Assembly: GCA_011109175.1 (NCBI GenBank)
Contig: RDEW01000022.1
Coordinates: forward strand, 704,273-768,272
Source of the DNA: Dicyema japonicum
Lineage: Eukaryota > Animalia > Dicyemida
Reading direction: 5' to 3'
DNA length: 64,000 nucleotides
The position numbers and the translations under genes are program-made. The notes under the pieces were generated by a model. That model searched no databases. It was not told where the DNA came from and saw nothing but the letters and a program-made list of their open reading frames with translations. This document shows, piece after piece, positions 48,360-58,467 of the stretch. Within the stretch, counting starts at the first letter, position 1; each line of letters opens with the position of its first letter.

Positions 48360-49189
48360 AAGGCAGGATCCAACTGCAGCAACAAAAGTGTATCGGCCTA
48401 AAATTAAACTTTTTGATAATTTTAATTTTAAAATAAATTTAATATTAAAATTACTTGATATTCAAAACAATCATTATTCCGTGACCTACTAAATTCTGCG
48501 GATTCTTATCTATACCCTCCTTTGATAAATAATTTTATGGAACTAAAGCCAACTAGGGTTCCCTGAGATACTCCTTCCCCACTAAATCTATGTCATATTT
48601 TTAGCACAGTTATGATTATTTTATACAATGAACCCAATTTGAGTCCACCAGGATGGACAAAATTTAAATTTAATAGGTGGAGTGACTCCATGTTTTGTCT
48701 GAACAAACATCATATCCCCAATTCTTATTAACACATTATGTTGAGCTCTGTGCCTTCATTAGTCATGGCTATTTATAGAATAATCGACGATATTGTGTAT
48801 GCTTGAAATCTGGGGATTAAGCATAGAACTAATCGTTTGAGGTTCATGGTTAACCAAGTCCTTTCAATTGGGGCTGGTTAAGTCGGACCCTGTTCCTACA
48901 TGCACCTGACACTATTTTTATTTAAAAGTTCGGGATTCCAATGTCTCCTGAGTCGGTGATGACTCTCTTTAATAGACTACGAGGTTAGGATGGATTGCAT
49001 ATTCCTTAACGAAGGAGATAATAAAACTCAAAAATATTGCATAATTGGTTGTCAACCCACAAAGTCATCCTTAGTAAATGTCATGGCAGAATTTGAAGAC
49101 AAAATGACAAAACCGTCATTAAAGTCGATTGAATTTAATTCAGAATTCACAAAGCGTTAAATTGGACGCAATTTGAGAATAAATTTAAC

Positions 49190-50459
49190 ATGACGGCGTC
49201 AGTTGGAGAAAGGGGTATGAATGGAAACACGGCCAAACAAGGTTTGACTCCTGTTTGCACGAAAGGAAGTGTTCACCTCAATAAAGGTCTCAAATTTGCT
49301 AATTTCAGAGACCTGTCACGTAAACCAACTTGGAGGACACTTTATTAACGGTCGTCCTCTCCCCGAGGAGACTCGATGGAATATTGTGCATCTGTACTAC
49401 TCGGGAGTGAGGGCCTGTGAAATATCGAAGATGCTGCAGGTGACCAATGGATGCGTTTCCAAGATATTGGGAAGGTACAATACAACAGGGGATATTAAAC
49501 CACGAATTATTGGGAGGGAGTAAACCTAAAGTTGTTACTGTTTCCGTCGCTCAACACATCTTGCACTATAAACAACTATTTCCCTCAATCTTCGCATGGG
49601 AGATCAAGGAAAACCTCCTCAAAGAAGGGATCTGCACGGAAAAATCAATTCCAAGCGTTTTCTCTTTGACTTAATTTAAAGATCTCATCAATCAACCGAG
49701 TTCTGAGGAACTTTTACAGAGAGAACATTCCGCCGGATTTCCTGTATGGGGAGTCAAAACCTCCCCAATCCTGCATGGAAGAAAAAGGTAATCTCAAGCT
49801 GCGATAAATATTTTTTATGATTAAAAAGTAATTTGACGATGAAAAGCCTAGTCAAGTTTTATGAGCAAATCGCTAGTCAAGTCACGTAATTGTTTATTCT
49901 TTGTTCAATGACTTATTTAAATTGGGCACTTAACTTTACCTTGATCAGAAATGGCCACGTGGAGGCCAGTCAAGTGGTGTCTTGAAGTGTCAATGAAAAG
50001 TTAATGAAATTTCAAATTATGGGTCACTAGACGGGCAATTATCTTTTATTTTGAATTTTATAATTAAAGAATATTACTGAGACTAATTTAGATTTTTCAA
50101 ATAAAAGAGAAGAAAGAGGACGACCTTCACTAAGCAACAGCAAAAAAAGTTGGAGGAAGGTTGGCTTTAACCGGGAAATTTTAGAATTCGAAAAATATCA
50201 GTACCCCGCGTTGGATCTGCGGACAAAGTTATCAGAGGAGCTCGGACTGTCAGAGAACCACATCCAAGTCTGGTTCTCCAATCGGAGAGCCAAGATTAGG
50301 AGGAGGGGGTTAAAAGAAGAGAAATTGAACGAAAATCTGGTGTTCAATGATAACCTCATTTCAAACCAATTTGGTGAATTAAAGAAAAATATTGGATGTG
50401 AATCCTTTGGTTATTCTGACTTTGACTACCAATACTATAATGCAGGGAGATTATGGTAA
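49190..50459 (+). CDS. PAX6: Divergent Pax6-class paired-box + homeodomain transcription factor
   Basis: Paired domain [44 protein letters not shown]; homeodomain [21 protein letters not shown] (S50). Introns 49287-49308, 49657-49681, 49788-50091, 50160-50184. One-base fixes near 49512 and 50103. Confidence 0.88.
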
Positions 50460-50799
50460 ACATGACAAACACTATATTTTACAAATGGACTTATTTTTAA
50501 TTATTGAGAGTTAAGGGGGTGACTTTAATAGACAATATTTAATTAATTTATTTAAGAAGTAGATGGGTGTTCCTCCTTTGAGTCCACACCGTGTTCCCCA
50601 ATGTGAATGTCTTGAGAGAACTCGGTCGTGGAGTTCCCCGGGGCAATTGCACCTACTCGCTTGAAAGGTTTGTCTCCAATCAAGGAGCTACTTGCAGACT
50701 CTTATGAAATAAAAATGAAGGAAAAACTATCCAACAAAAGAAGAGGACGGAAGGTTTTCTATCTGAATAAACTAATTTCTCGAAGAATAAAGGGCCAAC

Positions 50800-51400
50800 C
50801 TCCGAACTGACAAACATATTCAATTGGGATCTACGATTACTTCATTTCGTATTCACGGTGTAGCTTTGTCTATCTTAACAGAACCGAATCACCAAGTTTT
50901 ACCTGAAATTCATCATTTCTCAATCATCTTTTTACTATTCCTTATAGAAGACACAGTTGCATCTTCCCGAGCATAGGTTTATCCCACAAAACCTTAATAA
51001 CTGTTTCATCTGATTTGTAGCTATTTTGATTGCGATTCACATGAGCAACTTATGATAAAGTTAGAACTAGCAAAATCTGAATATGATTTTCGTTAGTCTC
51101 AGAAGGGTTTTTAAAGCCCATAAATAGTAAAAGAGGTTTTGTCTTTTATGATGGTGTAACGATTCTACTTAGGCATAATAGGCAACTACCAAATTCGGCT
51201 TCAGAGGCTGTAGTCGATTAGATCCATTTCTTGAATGGTTAAATCTTTTTAATACGAATAATCTACTAGTCCTTGAATCCATAATGTGCAGTGGCGACCA
51301 AAAATGTGTGAAATAGAGAACTCGTCGGACAGGAATTGATTTCTTTCCGAATATTGCGTTAAGTCTATCATATCGCGTGAATTTTTAGTCAGAATTAGAG
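50800..51400 (-). pseudogene. Possible LTR-type integrase remnant
   Basis: Minus-strand fragments resembling YN...H..T..SF..YG and F.V.LGD.VLL; very decayed. Confidence 0.35.
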
Positions 51401-51526
51401 TGATGGGTAGTTTGGTCTCCAACTTTATCTCAAATTTAAAATTAATAATCTTTCAAAATATAAAAAAATAATTTTTTACTCAAAAAAACGAAATAAATTT
51501 TGTAAAAAAGTATGAACAAATACAAA

Positions 51527-52371
51527 TCAGGAAAGAAGCCGACCGATCATATCAGTCAAAACATCAAAATTCTTACTATATTGACTTCTAAGTCCTTTAA
51601 TAAGTGATTCATTATATCCGTCCCACAGAGAATCACCATTCATGTCAAAATTATATTCAAAGTGAAGCCCAGTGAGGATCACTCTGCCATTCCCAACAAC
51701 ACACTCAACAGTCGAGACCAAATTGCCATCCATCACACGTGGACTAGTATCTTGACCTCCATTGTAGAATCCAATCGGACGACAACCAACAGGCCAATCA
51801 TTATCAGTCTTCCCGGGAATATAAAAGTGTCCCCCACCGTAAAAATAGGCCTCACCTTGAATAACAGATCCATTGGTAGAGGAATACGCATAAGAGACCA
51901 ATTTGACATTGTGATTGTCTTCATAAGAGAATCCCTCAAACACAGGTCCTTCACAAATTCCTGAAAATAAATATTTTGGTAATCACCAGGGAAGAAGCTG
52001 AGATGACGGTCCTCACAGACTTGGAGAGGGCCATCTTTGTCAAACTCAACCCTTGACGATCCAAAATACCCACCAGCACAGATTCCAAGATATGATCCCC
52101 CATTCTTGACATAATCAAATATTCTCCGAGTCCCATGAGAACCCAGTATGGAGACAAACCCTTTATCGAAGCCTCCTGGCATTATCAATAACGCCGTGTC
52201 TTCCCCCAATTTCCTAAATTATGAGAATTTAAATTTACCAGAATTGAGCTCAAATCCCATTATTGGGGATATTTCATATGACTTGCTCAACTCTAGGCTG
52301 TTCAGAGCAAAGTTTATCATCCTTAGGTTTATTTTCGAGGCCCCATAGTCAGAATATATACGAATGCACAT
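51527..52371 (-). CDS. Stand-alone biotin-protein-ligase N-terminal (BPL_N, GATase-like) domain protein
   Basis: IRIYSDYGAS..TALLIMPGGFD..YVKNGGSYLGICAGGYFG..VEF..LSFFPG|ICEGPVF..YFYGGGHF..VGNGRVILTGLHFEY; introns of 25 and 26 nt; one-base fix near 52205; no catalytic ligase domain nearby. Confidence 0.82.
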
Positions 52372-52529
52372 CACAATCGAGAATAAAAACGTGAATATTT
52401 TACAGGTATTTTTATAAGTTATATTAACTTGAGATTATTATTAAAAGTTTTATTTATTTTTTTATTAATAATATATTTATTGACTCAAGGGCTTAAATCA
52501 ATAAATAAATTGACTCAAGGACATGAGTT

Positions 52530-52812
52530 TCGTTATTTCAGACATACCCTTATTAAACCAACTAATCCTCTCTGACTAAGGGACGTGCGAGTAAACCTGG
52601 CTCGTCTACGATGTGGGCACCACCCATATCTACCAACTTATGATATACTCTGCCCCTTGCTGACAACAAATCACTTATTTCAATGTAATGAATTGCACAA
52701 CGTTTCTCCACAAACTGACTGATCTATGGGAGCGACAACATTTGCTCCGTCCTACTTAATAGCTGCCGGCCTCTACAAGTTAGTGAGGCTGGGGTTACTT
52801 AACTAACTAACT
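52530..52812 (+). mobile_element. 3' end of an Ingi/Vingi-like LINE
   Basis: LARLRCGHHPYL..C..HLFQC; ends CTGGGGTTACT(TAAC)n. Confidence 0.75.
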
Positions 52813-54950
52813 ATCCTAAACAACCCCAGGAAGCACACTAAAACTCCTTACAAGGAAAACGAAGCATCAACGTTCCCAGACATTACCTTCTGTTCCCATA
52901 CCTTGTACCGGACACATCTTGGACGGTGCATTATCTTCCGACCACAATCCAATCATTATTCGAATCAAAAAAGTTCTTTACCACAGAGAAGAGACTGTTT
53001 CATTTTTCAACTATAAAAAAGCAAACTGGAATGACTATTCAAAATACATCGATCAAGCTCAACTAAACTTTAATATGATGATATTCCCCCAATAGATGAA
53101 GCTATTGACTTTTTGAACAAAACTATTCTCATGGCGCGGAGAACATTCATTCTTCGTGGATCATTTAAATTCTACAATGAAAAACTTGATCAGAACACCA
53201 AATCATTAATTAAAGAAAGGAATCGCCTGAAAAGACATGTACCTTCCTCCCGGACAGAAAAATCAAACAAAACTCTCAATGACGAAATATCAAAAAGGAT
53301 TAAAAAATCTGAAGCCAACAAATGGGACAAACTAGTATTTTCCCTTCCATTTCAGAAATCTGCTCAGACGATATGGAGAGAAATTAAACAATTTGGCCAA
53401 AAGGAAATTTTAAAAGACAACAGACGGATCAGCAAAGTCTTAGCTAGCTCATGAAATGTTGAGCCAGTATAAGCCACAAACCTTTCAGGAAAATGGATGG
53501 GCCTTTGTTATCTTCAATAAGACCGAAGAGAACCCAGCCGATTAACTTTATCTCTCATTCAGATGTCAGTGAGGGTTTGAAAAAGATGAATTCTTCCCTC
53601 TCATGTGGGCCTGATTTTATCTCTAGTATTTTACTAAAACACATTGGACCTATTGCGATTGATGCAATCACAGTGATTTTCAACTATTCAATAAACATGA
53701 ATACAATTCCAACTATCTGAAAACTGTCCTATATACGACCAATCATTAAGCCTGGCAAACCTAAGGACAATCCTGCATCATTTCGACCAATCTCTTTACT
53801 ATGCACCTTATCAAAGTTATTGGAAAAATTGATTAACCTTATAACCTGTCCCTTCCTTTTCGTCCTCACACAACATTGATTCAGAAGGGATCATTTAACT
53901 TCTACCCACCTAACTTCCATCAACCAATTTATCATTGAAGGCTTTAACACAAATCCTCGTCACCTCAAAACAGTCGTTTGCTCGATCGATTTACAAAAGG
54001 ACTTCGACTCTGTCTCAAGGAAAATCCTAACCGGAAATTGATTGTTCTCCCCCTCAGCCCCAATATAAAACTTTGGCTTGCTAACTTCATCAATGGAAGA
54101 AAGGCCCGGGTATACATATAGGACCGAATCAATTTAAAGATTACTACGCAATGGTGTCCCACAAGGTTCCCCTTTATCACCCGCCTTATTTAACTTATAC
54201 ATGTCCGATTTACCACAACCTGATAGTAAAAACGACTTTATCCTATCATATGCTGATGACTTATTAATCGGATCCCGCGATCAAGATATCCCAAAGACAT
54301 CAGAAAGACTACATGAATACCTTCAAGATTCAAATTTGGCTAAATTATAATCGGCCTGATATATCTACTGAAAAATCTTCTTCGTCTTTATTTACCTCAG
54401 ACAAACGACCTGGACAAATGAAAGTGGATATATTTATCAACCAGACAAAAATACTTTTCACGAAAAAACTGAAAATCTTGGGGATTACCTTCGACACACA
54501 TGTCCTTTTCATCTCACGTCGACGCTGTCTCTGGAAGCTGCTCAAGAAAGCTAGGGATAATCAAAACTATTTTCGGTGGCATTAAAACCCCTTTCCCAGC
54601 TTTGAAATTGTTGTACAAACAATTCACTGTCAGCTATGCCTGTACGTCATGATGTTCTGTTAGAAGTACATCATGACGTCAACCAATATAACCACATGGA
54701 ATCAAAATTTTATAACTTTTTTTGAAAAATATGTCTGGGTCTTCTGGGATTTCAGTTGTCACGTCCTCAACACCGAATCACTATCTCCAAGTGGCTGGGA
54801 TTATTTGGGCATGGAGTTAATATCGGAATCTTCAATTTTAGGAACGATCGATTACGCTTGGTGATATTAGGAGTGATCTACCAATCCTTTATAAACTCAA
54901 CCTAACTCCGTTAGTGGTCAAGCCTGTTCTAGTAAGCATGATCTGACAAG
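52813..54950 (+). mobile_element. Best-preserved LINE RT copy in the window (APE end, RT, post-RT), frameshifted
   Basis: LSSDHNPII; SCGPDFI; FRPISLLCTLSKLLEK; SIDLQKDFDSV; NGVPQGSPLSPALFNLY; SYADDLLI; KILGITFD. Confidence 0.9.
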
Positions 54951-56197
54951 TATAAACTGTGACCATTACCAAAAAAGCATTGCTATATATTTGGAACGTT
55001 CTGGGACTTTTTGTAATATGAGGTCTTCCAAATTGGATCTTGAGGGTTCGAGTGACTCTCTAATTGCTTTTCTGAAATCTTACCTCTAAACATATGCGAC
55101 TAAAGTTCATTTGGTTGACAAGAATTTTCTTTTGACACCAAAAAATGTTGTAGCTCTTTTGAAAAGGAAAAAATGTTTGAGAAACAAACTACGGCGATGT
55201 CATGATTTGCGTACCGTGGAGCTGAAAATTATGACGATCACACAAGAAATACGCTGATTAGACAAAGTTACAAGAATAATTTATGGATAACTCAGTGCAG
55301 TGAATTGTATAGAAAAAACCCAAACTTTTGGAATCTCTACTACAAAGTGACAGGACGTAATTCCAAAATAAATCCCATTGTTGGAAAAAATGTATCCGTA
55401 GAAAAAAATTCCTAATCTATTCGGGAATGAACTTTCAGAAATACAGTAGGTTAACCCTGACGAGCGCCTGTCTCGTGTGACTTTTTGTTCTCTACAAAAA
55501 GCTGGAAAAAGCAATTAGTTCTTTACCTCTACGTCACAGCTTTATAAATACTAAAGTTGAAAAATAAATGCACTAAAGACAATGCTCATCGAAAGGACAA
55601 GACGGCTATGTGTTTGATCAAGGAAGCACTCTATGAATATCTGGGATGTCTCCCATAAGTCTTATACCAACAATCTCAAGAATTATGGAAATAATTGTGA
55701 TTAGCAGACTCTGAACAAAAAGTGATATATTAATAAACTATCAGTGTGGTTTTCGCAAAAAGTTTGACACTTCAATATCAATTTGGGAATCACATGAGGA
55801 ATATTCCCGTCGTTTTGTGTGAATGGCTGCTTTGTAACCTCCGAAAGTTGAGCAAGCTACAACTGTTCGAGGACCACGGGAAGGGTTGCTTTATTCAGTA
55901 GCTTTGAGGCTAGGCAGTGGAAAACAGAACTCACCTTAATAAGGAGTATTCTTTCTACTCTTTGAAAGTAGTTTGGGGGAACAATGGTTGCATTATTTAA
56001 CTTTGATTAACCACACTCAAAGTCAGTGAGTTACTAATTTTCAGATTGACTCTAATTCACTTTTTGACTTTCCAAAAGTGACTCCAACTATTTCCTGCAT
56101 ATTAATCCCCCATATATACAGAGTTCACGTGACGTCATAAATTTGTCAATTATTAACCAGAGTTGACAAATGTGAACTTTACAATAAACCTACCACA

Positions 56198-56938
56198 TTA
56201 TCTTATATCCCATAATGACACGTAGTTTACTTCATGCAACCTAATCAAAATAGTCCATCCAAACAAAACCAACACCAAAAGTTTGCAAAGAAAGAAGTAA
56301 TGTTTATTTTGAGTATTTTCTCTATGTGAGGTTATTATAGAGAGAATCCGCGTAGCAGAGACCATCCCCCTAGTATCGACCTCCTTCTCACAGACTCTTT
56401 CAATGTTCCTGATCAGACTGCTCTCTGACTTCTAGGGGTAATCAATAAAATCAACCTTCACAGTATTCCTGGAGAGAAGGTTCTGCTGTGGAGTGTCGTC
56501 TCTGAGGGAATTGGCGATGTAAAACTTGTAGAACCACTGAGCGAATTCATAGTTATCCTGAAACTTAGACTTGGCCAGTCTCTCAACGTCTATCATCTGG
56601 GATTAGCTGGTTTCCTGCCTTGGTTACCGCGAGTTTATGGAAGATTGCCTGTAACTCCTTGAAGTTATTGACAAACTCGTGTTCCAACGTCGCCTCACAC
56701 TTTACCTTAATGAGGAATAAACAAAGCTCAGGGAAGATTATCCTCATTATCAGACAGTAGTGGTAAGCTTGGTTGATGACTGTTAGTACCTTTACTTAGA
56801 TCCTCCACCTTAGTGATTGGGTAGTCCTCCAGGAGGGAGTTGACCCACAGAACCACCTTCTGCCTACTAATATTCTCGTTGGAAACACTTGTACTGAAAA
56901 CATTGACCACCTTTGAAATTAACAAACCGCCAAACCAT
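56198..56938 (-). CDS. MAPRE: EB1/MAPRE-like microtubule end-binding protein with a truncated EBH region and hydrophobic C-terminal tail
   Basis: M|[46 protein letters not shown] (EB1 CH domain); [16 protein letters not shown] resembles the EBH; introns of 25, 22, 22 (GC-AG) or 31, and 24 nt. Confidence 0.85.
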
Positions 56939-57195
56939 AACAAGGGACAAATTCAAACACTTTTAACGTTTTATTATTTTATTATTTTTATAATATTTTA
57001 TTTAAAATTATTAAAATTCCCATTCTTCGACAATGTAAAAAATAGTTTTCAAAAACAACAGACACAAAGTGACACCATAGTTTGTTATTCGAATCCTAAA
57101 ATACTACTTTGTGATGTTGTTATATTTTGTTTTATTGTGAGTCAACAAAATATGGATTAAATTAAATTTCAATCGTAAATTATTCGATTTTATGA

Positions 57196-57471
57196 TTAAT
57201 TACCCTTTTCTATATGATTCAAAAATCCAGCTATCTGCCTGTTTATTGTGCATTCATTCGAGTTAAAAGCGCATTTCCTCTCACGATTTTTATTGAAATG
57301 CGCTATTCCTTGTAGCATACAAGAGCATCCCAGTGAAACCACTGGGAAAGGTTTGAAGATAAATTGTATTTTCTTCTTTTTGAGTTTCGATTCTCTTGGT
57401 GAGTAACTGTCATGGCGAGGTTGGAAGGGTAAACCACCGACAGAGGATATAAATTGAACAAAAAATGTCAT
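57196..57471 (-). CDS. Hypothetical 91-aa ORF between the HSD17B10-like and EB1-like genes
   Basis: Open ATG-started ORF, co-oriented with and tightly packed between two real genes; no recognisable homology. Confidence 0.3.
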   Translation of the reverse strand: MTFFVQFISSVGGLPFQPRHDSYSPRESKLKKKKIQFIFKPFPVVSLGCSCMLQGIAHFNKNRERKCAFNSNECTINRQIAGFLNHIEKGN

Positions 57472-57570
57472 TACTAGGAATCTCTTGCTATAAAATAAGA
57501 CAAAATAAGTTTGGTATCTAAGAACCTCGCCTGGCAGGAGGGAATAAACCAGGCTTAAAGAAGAAAGAAA

Positions 57571-58408
57571 TTAATAAGGAAAATCAATAGTAAGGTCAGT
57601 GCCATTAATCATAGGATTTGATAGAACAGCATTTACACAACCATAAAAGTCAGAGTATTCCAAACCCTTCAAGGGGGTCTTTTGAGATAAAAAAACATCA
57701 AAGACTTTGTTTCGAAAAGGAGTTTTATCCATTTTCCCTATTTTAAGTAACAGACAACGATACCCATGACAATGCTCACAACTCGAATGCAGGAAGGGGC
57801 CAACTCTCTGGCCAATGTCAAAGTCATACCCTGAATTGCACGTGAGGCACAGTATTGGGCCAAATTGTTGGGTCCCCTGGAAAAGTTGGTCACCGCGTTA
57901 ATGATGACTCCACGCTCTCCATCATTGTCCTGTGTACCCTTCACGATGAGTTGAGCAGAGTGGAAGCAATGGAATATGAAGAGGTCACCGTTTTCTAACA
58001 TCACTGCAAATGCCACCAAGTAATGGTCACGAAAGTGACTGGGAAGCTGAAGGTCGTCATTCGAAGTATCGTACTGAAGATTCAAAGCCGAGCAGTTAAC
58101 GACGTAGTTTAAGGACCCAACATTTTCACGGAGAATTTCGAAGGTGTTTTGAATGTCACCTTCATCGTAAATCTGAAAATGAATCACATTAGTACATTCA
58201 ATGGATAGTAGTGTGCTCTTTTTAGTTTTTCATTGTCACAAAGCTTTGAAATTCGTTCAGGTAAGTCGGCGAAGAGTACTCGGCAGTTATTGTCAAGCAT
58301 GAAACGTGCAAGAGGAAGACCAACTGAGGAGACATCCCCGACAATGAGTATTGTCTTATTCTTTTATTTTATTACTTTAATTACAATAAATGACTTAATC
58401 AAATTCAT
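57571..58408 (-). CDS. HSD17B10: HSD17B10/SDR5C1-like SDR with degenerate cofactor and catalytic motifs
   Basis: DGERGVIINA..QY.ASRAIQGMTLTLARELAPSCIRVVSIVMG..EY..NAVLSNPMING matches the HSD17B10 pattern; introns of about 28, 23 and 26 nt. Confidence 0.75.
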
Positions 58409-58467
58409 CTGAATAAAATAATTTAAATTATTTTAATAATGTTATTTAAAATAAATAAATAAATAAT

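Noticed and set aside
50091-50125. In-frame TAA just before the Pax homeodomain suggesting stop-codon reassignment
   Set aside because: TAA, TAG and TGA all end other genes here normally; one missing A in the homopolymer restores the frame from the upstream exon.
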